Source of the DNA: Scenedesmus sp. PABB004
Lineage: Eukaryota
NCBI GenBank assembly: GCA_014905635.1
Contig: JABVCE010000035.1
Span: 294,675-314,674, forward strand
Reading direction: 5' to 3'
Length of the DNA: 20,000 nt
The notes under the pieces were generated by a model, which worked only from the letters and a program-made list of their open reading frames with translations, searched no databases and was not told the origin of the DNA. Below, in pieces: positions 1 to 10,127 of this stretch (position 1 is the first letter of the stretch; each line of letters opens with the position of its first letter). Made by a program: the position numbers and the translations under genes.

Positions 1-20
1 GCGCGCCGCTGGCGGGGCAG

Positions 21-253
21 GCGCCCGCGGCGGCGGCGCCGAGCGTGCCCGGCATGTCGCCCGATTTTGCGCGCTACCTCGCGGCGCACACCGACCCCGC
101 GTGCGACGCGGCGCTGGTGAAGTACTTTGGGCACGAGCTGCTGCGCGCGGGCGCGCACGACGCGGCAGCCGACGTCTTCCACCGCCTCCTGCTCGGCGCG
201 GAGGGCCGCGCCGCGCAGGCCGAGTACCTGCAGCTCTGCCTCGACTGCTGGGC

Positions 254-300
<47 letters not shown>

Positions 301-304
301 CGGC

Positions 305-350
<46 letters not shown>

Positions 351-1028
351 GAGCCGGCGGCGGCGCCAGCGGGCGCCGCCAGCCCCGCGGTCGTGCGCAA
401 GCTCGCCGACTTTGTGCAGCGGCAGCGCAGCGTCGGCGCGGCGGCGATCGTGGAGATGCTGGCGGGCATGCACCACGGCCCCCGCGCCGCGCTCGCGCTG
501 TGCCAGGAGCTGCTCGCCCGCGCAGCAGCCGCCGCCGCCGCGAGCGCGGGCCCCGACGCCGAGGCGGCGCTCGGGCTGCCCGGCGGCCTTGGAGGCGTCC
601 TGGAGGTGCTGCTGGCGCTCGTCGCGCTCGGCGAGCAGCAGCTGCAGGAGCAGCTGCGCGCGCTGGCGGCGCAGGTCGCGGCGCTGCAGGCGGCGAGCGC
701 GGGGCGGCCGGCCGGCAGCGGCGGCGTCGACGCTGGCGCCGCCGCGGCGGCGGGCGCCGCGGCGGGCGCTCTCCCCGGCGCCAGCAGCAGCAGCAGCGGC
801 GGCGGCGGCGGCGGCGCGAGCGGCGCGGCAGCCGGCCTGGCGCGGCCGGCGCGGCGGCAGGGCGCGCGCTGGCGCGGCGGCAAGGGCGCGGGGGTGCTGC
901 TGGGCCGGCTCGCGCGCGGCGCGGCGGCGGGCACGCTGGCGGCCGCGTCGCTCGCGAGCGGCAACGCGCCCTGGCTGCGCGCTGCGCGGCTGGCGCCGCT
1001 GCTCTACCTCCTGCGCGCGGGCCTGTGA
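21..1028 (+). CDS. Terminal exon of an uncharacterised alpha-helical protein (5' part outside the window)
   Basis: Likely acceptor GGGGCAG ends at 20 and is in frame with ORF 45..1028. The translation has protein-like amphipathic segments (DAALVKYFGHELL, AEYLQLCLDCW, LAPLLYLLRAGL) split by Gly/Ala linkers. Stop TGA at 1026-1028. No family recognised. Confidence 0.65.
261..348 (+). repeat. Interrupted (GGC)n microsatellite encoding poly-Gly
   Basis: Two GGC runs separated by GAGGGCGCGGCGGCC, read directly. Confidence 0.9.
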
Positions 1029-1498
1029 CGTGTGACGTGTTTCGTTGAACCGCGACGAGCGGCGCCCAAGTTGTCCCGTCGCCGGCTGCAGCGGATACAC
1101 AGAGCCGCGCGGCACACACCGCACGCCGCCCACACGCTCGAGGTGCCTCGCCCCGCGCACGTGGCCCGCGCGGTGCGCACACGGTGCCCCGCCGCCGCGC
1201 GGCCTGCCAGCTCGCGCCAGGCGGCTGCGCGCAAGCGCTGACGCGCTAGTAACGCGCCCGGCGGAGGCGTCACGCACGCGGGTGAGGCGAGGCCCTGCCG
1301 CGGCGCGCCGGCGCGCACACAGACGGCGGTCAGCGCTGCGCGGCGGCCGGACCCTCCGCCCCCAATGCGGCCTTCCCGGGGGCCGGCAGCAGCTCGAAGA
1401 GCACCAGAATCGCACCGAGCGCTGGCAGGGCGCGCCGCGCGGTCCAGCGGCGCGCTCGCTCAGCTCACGCGCGGCGTCGCTGCTGTCGCAGGCGCGCC

Positions 1499-3179
1499 AT
1501 GTCGGACGGGCTCTCGCGCATCGAGCTCAAGGCCGCGGCCTATGGCGCCCGCTACGCCCAAGAGGATGGCGAGGAGCGTGGGCTGCTGCGCACCGCGCCC
1601 GACCCCGCGGCCGCGCAGGCGCGCCGCGCGCCGCCGCGCGCCGCCGCGCGCGCCGCCGCGCGCCGCGGCCGCCGGCACCCCGCCGGCCGCGCCGACCCGC
1701 GCGCCGCCCCGCCGCAGCTGGAGGACGGTGACGGCGGCGCCGTGCCGTCGTCGTACGACAGCGGCGACCTGCTGCCCGTGATGATTGAGAATGGCCTCGA
1801 CAAGATCGGCGTGCTGTGCGTGCCGGTGCACCGCTCGCTGCGCGCGCCGCACGCGCCGGCCGCTGCGCCCCTGCCGGGCCCGGCCGCGCGAGGGCGCTCG
1901 CCAGCGCTGCCGAGGAGCTGAGCCTGCTCCCGCCGCGCGGCGCCCTGAACCCCGCAGGCGGCACATCAACCGGGTGCTCGACAACACCGGCCAGATCCGC
2001 AGCGAGCTCTTCCGCTGCCTCGTTGCCGAGTTCATGGGCACGCTGCTCTTCCAGATCTTCGGCGGCGCCGCGCCGCCCAAGGACACGACCGCGCCCGCCG
2101 CCAATGGCTTTGCGCTCGTCTGCATCGGTGCGTGGCGCCGCGCGCCGCGCGCCGCGCGGCGGCCGCCGCTGCCGCCGCGCCGGCGCCGGCTGACCGACCC
2201 GCACGTGCCCACCGCGGGGCCGGCGGGCGCGCGCAGTGTACGCGTTTGCCAACATCAGCGGCGCGCACCTCAACCCGGCGGTGTCGTTTGCGCTCATGTG
2301 CACGGGGCACATGAAGTGGTGGAGGGGCCTGCTCTACATGACCATGCAGGCGCGTGCGGGGCGCGTGCGCACACGCGCGGCCGCCGCGGCAGACGGCCCC
2401 GCGCGCGGCCGCCGGTCAGCGTGCGGTCAGCGCCCGCGTGGCCCCACGCCGCCGCCTGCGCGCCGCGCCACACACCGCGCCGCGCGCCGCGCTGCAGGTG
2501 CTGGGGTCCATCATTGGCTCGCTCATCTACGCCGGCCTCATCCCCGGCCTGCGCGTCGGCGCGACCTACACGACCGGCATCACCGCGCCGGGCTGCTTCG
2601 GGCCCGGCCCCGACGTGCGCGCCGCGGCGCCGCGGCGCCTCGCCGCGGACCGCCGCTGCGCACCGTCGCATGCGACGCTCGACCGCCGCGCCGCGCCTGC
2701 GCGCAGGTGACCAACGCGGAGCTGTTCTGGTGGGAGGTGCTCATGACCTTCCTGCTCGTCGTGACGGTCTACGCCGCCGCGGTGTCCAAGCCGGGGCACG
2801 GCAACACCGCGCCGCTCGCGATCGGCCTCGCCCTCTACGCCGCCGCGCTCACCGGTGCGGCGGCGCCGCGCCGGCCGTGGGCGGTGGCGGGGGCCGGGCC
2901 GCGCGGCAGGGCTGCACGGGCGAGCCGCCGCGCCGCGCACGCGCAGGCGGGCCGTACACCGGCGCGTCGCTCAACCCCGCACGCACGATCGGGCCGTCGG
3001 TCGTGTTTGCCTGCAACGTCGGCATCTCCTTCTGCTACATCTTCGCCGAGTTCTTTGGCGGCGCGCTCGCCGCGGGGCTGGCCATCTTCCTGTACGGCCG
3101 CGCGCCGGTCGGTCGCGCCGCGCCGGCCGGCCGCGGCGCCGGCGGCGCCGGCGGCGCCGCGGCGGCGGCGGCCTGCTAG
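1499..3179 (+). CDS. Aquaporin / major intrinsic protein. Exons 1499-1618, 1718-1815, 1958-2127, 2237-2349, 2498-2614, 2707-2854, 2947-3179
   Basis: The spliced frame gives AEFMGTLLF (TM1), SGAHLNPAV (MIP signature, NPA1), WEVLMTFLLV, APLAIGL and GASLNPARTIGP (NPA2). All intron phases are consistent. Donors at 1619 and 2350 are GC. The 1619-1717 intron is in frame and is inferred from composition. Confidence 0.95.
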
Positions 3180-3584
3180 GCGGCGCGAGGAGCGGTCCCA
3201 GAGGGTGTGTGGGACGCCAGCGACGAGGGGTCAGGGTGGAGGGCAGCGTGCGGGCGCGGCGAGGGCGGGTGCGCGAGCGCGGGCGGGCGGGGGCCGAGCG
3301 CGCGGCGACGGCAGAGGCGGCGGCGGCGGGCGCCCGTTGATCGGTCTCTCGGCACACCTGCGCGCTATGCGCAGCTCTGATAGATGAGCGGCGGCGGCGG
3401 CGGCAGGGGTCACCGCCGCGCGGGCTGACCGCAGCAGCAGCGGCGCGCGGCGTGACGCGAGTGACTCTGGTCGCCGCGACTCGTCGCACGGTGCCGCGCC
3501 GTCCCCGCCGGACATTCATCAGTCCGCCGGGCAGTCGCGCCCGTACGTGGCCCCTCGCGGCGATCTGCCGACGACCCTCGCGGC

Positions 3585-5585
3585 ATGGCGCCCACGCCGC
3601 GCGCGGGGCTGGGCCTGCTGGCCCTCGCCAGCGTGCTCCAGGTGCCTACAGCTGCTCCGCGCGACTGCGCCCGGCGGCGCGGCGCCTGCGCCGCCCTGCA
3701 GCGTCCACGGCAGCGACCACCGCTGCTGCCGCGCTGCTGCTCTCACGCTGCCGCCGCGGCCGCCGCAGCTGGCCGCCGCGGCTGCTCTCACGCTGCCGCC
3801 GCCGCCGCCGCAGCTGGCCGCCGCGGCGCCGCCCGTGAGCCAGGTGCTCCGTGACAACGGCTTCAGCCTGTGGCTGCGCCTGATGGAGCCGGTGGGCTTC
3901 CTGCCCGACGAGCACATCCCGGCGGGCCTGCCGGTGACGCTGCTGGCGCCGACCGACAAGGTGCGGTGTGGGCGCGGCGGCGGCTGCTCCTCAGCGGCAG
4001 CGGCGGCCGCGGGCACGTCACCCCGTGCCCACTGCGCCGCGCCGCGCCGCGCCGCGCGCGGCGCGTCGCCAGGCCGTGACCGAGTTTGCGCGTGCGATGT
4101 CGCTGAGCGTCGACGAGCTCGCGCGCACGCCCGCGCTCGTGGACACGCTGCTGTCCTACTCGCTGCTCCCCGGCGCCGCGCTCACCGGCAGCAAGCTCGC
4201 GGCCGGCGGGCCGCCGCGCCTCGCGCGCAGCGCCAACCCCGCGTTCTCGGTCGAGCTCTTCCGCGCGCCGGGCGGCGGGCTCGCCGCGACGGACGTGCAG
4301 GGCAACGTCGCGGCGCTGAGCGGCGGCTGGGACGCCGCCGACCGCGTGCGCGTCTACGGCGCGAGCCGCGTGCTGCTCAACGGCGAGAGCCCCGCGCCGC
4401 CGCGCGCGCTGCCGCCCCGCGCCGCTGCACACGCCCGCGCCGCCCGTCACTCGCCCGCACCCGCCCCACACCCGCACCGCCGCCGCCGCGCAGGCGACGT
4501 GTTCACCAGCCCCGCCGCCTTCCTGACCTTTTACCCCCGCTTCAGCGCCCTCGCGGCGCTCACCAAGCGCGTGGGCCTGTGGCCCACGCTGCAGCGGAGT
4601 GACCTCGACCGCACGCTCTTTGCGCCGAGCAACGCCGCGCTGCGCGCCGACGGCGGCGCGGCGGCCGCGGCCGAGGCGGGCGGCCTGAGCGCGCTGCTGC
4701 GCTACCACGTCGTGCAGGTGCGCCGCGGCGGCGGGGGCCTTCACGGCGCGCGCGCGGCGCGCCCCGGCGCGCGGAGGAGCGCTGCGCGCCGCGCGGGGGT
4801 GCCCACGAGCGCCCCCCGCCGCGCCGCGCCGCAGGGCTCCCGCCGCGTGCCGTACGGCTTCAAGGCCGGCGTGGCCGTGCCGACGCTGCTCGCGGGCAAC
4901 ACGCTCTCGCTGCGCTACGGCACCAAGCGCGTCGCCGTCGCGGGGACCAACGGCTCCCTCGTGCTCACGACCGCCGACGTCGTGCCGGAGGCGGGCTCGC
5001 CCGGCAAGCCGGCGCGCATCGTGATGGCCAACGTCTTCGCCGGCCGGGTGAGAGGCCTAGGGCCGCGCCGCGCCGCGCCGCGCCGCGCGCCGCACCCCGC
5101 CGCGCCGGCGCGCCGCCGACCGCCGGCCGCCCCGCCCTGCCGCCGGCCGCCGCCGTGGCCGCGCGCTGCCGCCGCAGGCGACCATCCACGGCATTGACCG
5201 CGTGCTGCTCCCGCGGCCCCAGGCCGGCCGCCGCCTGCTCTGGCGCGGCGGCTTTGCGCGCTACGGCGGCGGCGGCGGCTTCGCGGGCGGCTTTGACGGC
5301 CGCTGGCGCGGCGGTGCGGACGCGTTCCGCGCCCCCGCCTACTGGACCACGCACGACCCCAACTCGCGCTGGGGGCTGCAGTACGCGGCCGCGCGCGCGG
5401 CGGCGGCGGGCGCGGGCTACGGCGAGTCGTGGGGCGCGTGGGGGCCGCGCATCCCCGCGCCGATCGGCGTGCCCGTGCCCGCCGTGGCCGACGCCGGGGA
5501 CTACAACACCTACGACACCAACTACGACGCGCCCGGGGAGCTCAAGTCGCTCGAGACCGAGGACAACGGCTGCTACAACTGCTGA
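3585..5585 (+). CDS. Secreted protein with two fasciclin (FAS1) domains and a C-terminal extension. Exons 3585-3641, 3769(or 3814)-3960, 4073-4382, 4494-4717, 4835-5047, 5178-5585
   Basis: Signal-peptide-like start MAPTPRAGLGLLALASVLQLAAAA. FAS1 H1 motifs TLLAPTDKA and TLFAPSNAA, YH motif LLRYHVV, and H2 motifs VYGASRVL and IHGIDRVLLP. Splice phases are consistent. Confidence 0.9.
3736..3825 (+). repeat. 45-bp tandem duplication spanning an intron 3' end
   Basis: 3736-3780 and 3781-3825 are both gctgctctcacgctgccgccgc(g/c)gccgccgcagctggccgccgcg, with one mismatch. Confidence 0.95.
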
Positions 5586-5663
5586 CCGCCAGGGCGGTGC
5601 TCGCATCGGTGGGCGCCGCTGCGGCGGGCTCGGGAGAGCCCGCGGAACCGCCGCGGCAGCCGG

Positions 5664-5668
5664 TTACA
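5664..5668 (-). terminator. TGTAA polyadenylation signal of the membrin gene
   Basis: TTACA on + reads TGTAA on -, about 100 nt past the membrin stop. UGUAA is the established chlorophyte poly(A) signal. Confidence 0.6.
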
Positions 5669-5765
5669 ACGGCTGCGGTTCCGGGTGGTTGTGATGCAAC
5701 AAAATGCGCGCGCGCCGCGGCGAGGGGCTGCAGTGTTTCAGCAGCGTCGGCGGCGCCGCGCGGGC

Positions 5766-6700
5766 CTAGAACCAGGCCCACCAGATGAGCCCGATCGTCA
5801 GCAGCACGGTCGCGACCTGCGCGCCGCCGCGGCGCAGGCGTCAACAGGGTCAGCAGGGGCCGCTCTGCCGCCCTGCTGCGCCGCCCTGCCGCTGCTCTGC
5901 CGCGCCGCCGCTGCTCTGCTGCGCCGCGCCGCGCCGCCGCGCCGCCGCACCATGCCGCCGACCGCGATGTACGCGTCGGTGCGGTGCCGGCGCTCAATCA
6001 TCTTGAGCACGCTCTCGCCCAGGCCGACGCTGTTTATGACGTCCAGCACCTTGGTCTGCGCCGCCTTGATGCGCTCCCGGTTGGCCGACATGCCGGCGAG
6101 TATGCTCGTGCCCTGCTCGCGCCGCGCCGCGGGGCGCGCGGTCACCGGCGCGGCGGTCGAGTGGCGCCGCGGCCGGGCGCCTGGGCGGCCGCCGCCGCCG
6201 GCGCCGCCGCGCGAGCGCCGCGCGCCTGCTCAAACATCTCCCCGAGGTAACGGCGGCTGCGGCCGATGTGCCCCGCGACCGCGGCCTCCTCGTCCATCTC
6301 GTCCTTGACGCGCCGCCCCGCCTCGGCGCGCGCGAGCAGCTCGTCGCGGTCCGCCGCCTCGCGCTGGCGCAGCGCCTGGCGGCCGCCGAAGCGCTCGAGC
6401 GAGGTGCGCAGGAAGTCAGCCTCCTCCGACACCTGCTCCACCTTCCTGCGCGGCGGTCGTCGCGGCGGACGACGCCTCCGCAACCGGGGGCCGCGTCGCC
6501 GCCGCCGCCGCTGCCGCTAGCTGCTGCGGGGCCCCCGCGTGCGCCGCGCACGCGCCTCTTCCAGACGTCGTGCTTGGCCGTCTGCTGCCGCACCAGCGCC
6601 ATGCGCCAGCTGCCGTCCAGCTCTCTGCTGGTCCGCTGCGGGCGGCGGGGAGGGGGGCGGGGGGGCGGGGGAGGCTGGGGCCAGCGCGCGCCTCGCCGCC

Positions 6701-6736
<36 letters not shown>

Positions 6737-7044
6737 GCAACCGCAGCAACCGCCGCCGCGCGGTCGCGCCGCTGCCGCGCCTGCAGCTCCGCCAGCTTCT
6801 GCTGCAGGTCCCGCGCCAGCATTGAAGGGTCCCCGGGTCGCAGGCCATGCTGCGGGCCGCCGGCGGCGCCCGGCGGGTGGGTGCAGCGGCCGGTGCTCGC
6901 CGCTCGCTGCTGCCGCGCCGCGCCGCGCCGCCACCGCGCCCACGCCGCCCGGCCCACCTCTGCCGCTTCCAGGCGCTCCAGGCCCTCCCTCAGCGAGAGT
7001 ATCAGGCGCGTGGACTGCGCGTGCAGGCGCGGGAGGTCCGTCAT
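5766..7044 (-). CDS. GOSR2: Membrin / GOSR2 / Bos1-type Golgi Qb-SNARE. Exons 7044-6958, 6849-6781, 6635-6556, 6445-6226, 6112-5951, 5816-5766
   Basis: Spliced protein MTDLPRLHAQSTRLILSLREGLERLE...DVWKRKVEQVSEEADFLRTSL...GTSILAGMSANRERIKAAQTKVLDVINSVGLGESVLKMIERRHRTD (SNARE motif), followed by a C-terminal TM AYIAVGGMVATVLLTIGLIWWAWF*. Three of five donors are GC. Confidence 0.92.
6702..6734 (+). repeat. (CAG)11 microsatellite in membrin intron 2
   Basis: Read directly. Confidence 0.9.
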
Positions 7045-7350
7045 GCCGGCCCGGCCCTCTCGCGCGCGCAGGTCGAGGCAGGGGAGGGCCGGCTGCAATG
7101 CGGGGCGCGACGGGCGCAACGCCACGCATCGACAGCGGCCGCCTGCGCGCCAGGGCTTAAACTTTGACCGCTCAGCTGTCGGCGCCGCTTCCGCAGCTGC
7201 CGCCGCGCGTGCGGCCGCCCAGACCGCCCCGCCGCAGGCAGGCAGCATCGCGACGGCCGCCATGCACGCACCCGGCGGCTGAGCCGGGCGCCCTGTTGCG
7301 CGGTCGGCGCCGGCGCACGACAACGTCGCGCCGCGCGCCGCCGCCGGGCC
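7045..7350. promoter_or_regulatory. Compact divergent promoter/5' UTR region between membrin and the LRR gene
   Basis: 306 bp separate the two head-to-head start codons. The one AT-rich patch is TTAAACTTTGA near 7158-7168. Confidence 0.5.
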
Positions 7351-9620
7351 ATGGAGGGCTGCTCTCCCGGCGGCCGCCGGGAGCGCGGTTTCGCGGCCGC
7401 CGCGCGCGCCGCCAAGCTGGCCGCGCTGGCCGCGCAGCAGCGCGGCGGCGCCGGCAGCGGCGGCGGCGGCGCCGGCGGCGCGAGCCCCCGCGCGCGCGGC
7501 GGCGGCGGCGGCGGCGGCGGCCGCGCGCCGCCCGGTGTCGCTGTCGGCGGCGCTCGCGGCGGCGCCGCAGCACGCCGACGGCTACAAGGTCGCGGCGGTC
7601 GAGCGCCGGCTCACCGCGCTCGATGAGCTGCCGGAGCGCCTGCGGTCAGCGGAGGTCGTGTACCTCAGCAAGAATTCCCTGGCCAGCCTCGACGGCGTGC
7701 AGCAGTTTGCGCGCCTGCGCGTGCTGTCGGCGGCCGACAACCTGCTGCGCGACTTTGACGGCGCGCTGCAGGCGCGCACGCGGGGGCGGGGACCGCCGCG
7801 CGCTGGCCGCAGCGCCCTGCCGCGGCGGCGCGGTGCACGGCGTGCGCTGCGCGCTGCACGCTGCGTGCTGAACGGGCACCCGCCAACCACCGCCCGCGGC
7901 CGACTGACCGCCACGGCCGACCACCGACCGCCGCGGCCGCGCCGCGCAGCCGCTCGTGGAGGGCTGCCCGCGCCTGCAGGTCGTGAGCTTTGAGCGCAAC
8001 CCGGTCACCGCGCTGCCCAACTATCGTGCCCGCGTCATCGCCGCGCTGCCGGGGCTGCAGATGCTCGACGGCGAGGGCGTGTCCGCGTCCGACCGGCGCG
8101 CCGCCGCGGCGGCGCTGCAGCAGGAGGGCGCCGCGATGGCGTGCATGCTGACCAACGCGTGCATGGCCCACAAGCTCGCGCGCGCCGCGGAGCTGCTGCA
8201 GCTCCACAGCGAGCTGCGCGCCGCGCTGTTCGGCGCGCGCGCCGCGGCGCGGGGCCTGCTGCCCGCGCGCATTCCGCTCGACATCATCAAGCTGCTCCGC
8301 ATGTGGGACTACGAGGGCGGCCTGAGCCCGGCGGTGAGCGGCGGCTGCGACGACGTACACGCACGCGCTCGAGCGCCGCCGCGCGCGGTTTGCAGTGCCG
8401 CCACGCCGCGCCCGCCGCCCGCCGCGGCGCAGGAGCGGCGCGCGATCAGCGGCGCGCTGACGCGTGAGGTCGTGCGCGTGCACCGCCGGCTGGCGGCGGC
8501 CGCGTCGCAGCTGCGCGGCGCCGCGCAGCTGCCCGCGCTGGAGTCGTGGGGCGCCGCGTTCTCGCAGGTGGGGCACGCCGGCCGCAGCGGCGGCGGGCCA
8601 GCCGCAGCCACGCGCACGCCGCCGGGGCTGACGCACGCACGCCGCGCCGCCGCCGCGCCGGTGCGCGCGCCGCCGCGCAGGTCATGCTGGCGCAGCAGCG
8701 CACGGTGGTGCAGCTGGTGGAGCTGGTCAGTGGCCTCAACGAGGAGGCGGCGCGCGTCATCGCCACGCTCACCGGCCAGCCCCCGCAGCAGCGCGGCGCG
8801 GCGGCGGCCGCGGACGCGGCAGACGAGGCGGAGCAGCAGCTCGCGGCGGAGCGGTGAGCCGCACGCCGGCCGGCCGCGCGCTCGCGCCCCGCCACGCACG
8901 GCTGGCTGTACCAACGGCCGCCCCGCCGCCGTTGCTGCCGCCGCCGCTGCCCTCACTGCACAGTGAGGCGCTGATCATCGATCTGCGGGATGCGGCGCTG
9001 GAGCTCGCGGGCGTGCTGACCGCGCCCAGCGGCAGCGCGGCGCAGCAGCTGGCGGCCGCGGGCGGCGACGGCGCGCTGACCAGCACCTGCAGCCAGCCGT
9101 GCACGCCGCAGCGGACGGCGGCCGCGGGGGAGCAGACTGCTGCTGCTGCGCCCGAGCCTGAGCAGCAGGCGCCGTCGCCGGCAGCATCACCGGCCAGGTC
9201 GCCCGCACAGCGGCTGCCAGGGCCGGACGGCCTGCGGCTGCGGCCGGCCCGCAGCAGGACCCCAGGCGGCGGCGCGGCAGCAGCGGCCGCGCAGCCGCGC
9301 CAGCTGCCGGCACCGCCCGCCTGGCAGCGGCAGGAGGAGCAGGCTCAGGAGCAGGGCAGACCCTGCAGCTCGGGCTCGCCCCAGCCGCGCCCGCTCAGCC
9401 CCACGGCGCGGCGGCTGCTCCGGGGCGCCGCGGCTGCGCAGCGAGAGCAGCTGGAGCGGGAGCTGGAGCTGGAGCCGGAGCCCCGGCCTCCCTACTATGC
9501 AGCAGCTGGCGCGCAGGCAGGCAGCGAGGGCGGTGCCAGCTGGGAGCTGCCCGAGGGATGCGGCTGGCCCGAGCAGCGCTGGTCGGAGACAGAGGAGGAG
9601 CAGCCGCCGCCGCCGCCGCC

Positions 9621-9704
<84 letters not shown>

Positions 9705-10076
9705 CCCGCAGCAGGCCCAGGGCACGGCGCCGCCGCCGGCGCCGCCGCAGCCGGCCTCGCCCCGTGCGCCGTCCGGCGGCGCGGCAGCGGCTGGCGCGCA
9801 GGGCTCCCGTGGTGGCGGCGCGGAGCCGGGCGCGCAGGCGGCGACCGACGCGGAGCGCGAGCTGGACGTCGCGACCATGGTGGCGGCGGCGGAGGCAGCG
9901 GTGCGGCAGCTGTTTGCGGTGGAGGGCGAGCCGCGTGCTGCCGTGCCGTCCAGCCCGAGCCCGCCGCTGCTGCAGGGCCCGCCCGAGCTGAGCTTTGCGC
10001 TCAGCGGCTCGGCGGCCTCCTCGCCCGACTGCGATCGGGCGCCGGCAGCGGCTGGGGTGCTGGGGCAGACGGCGGC

Positions 10077-10127
<51 letters not shown>

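Noticed and set aside
3336..3390. TTGATC...CTGA segment as a C/D snoRNA
   Set aside because: No convincing terminal stem or recognisable rRNA guide. It fits the aquaporin 3' UTR.
5571..5582. Terminal CYNC as a CaaX prenylation signal
   Set aside because: The protein has a signal peptide, so it is not cytosolic, and Y-N are not typical aliphatic residues.
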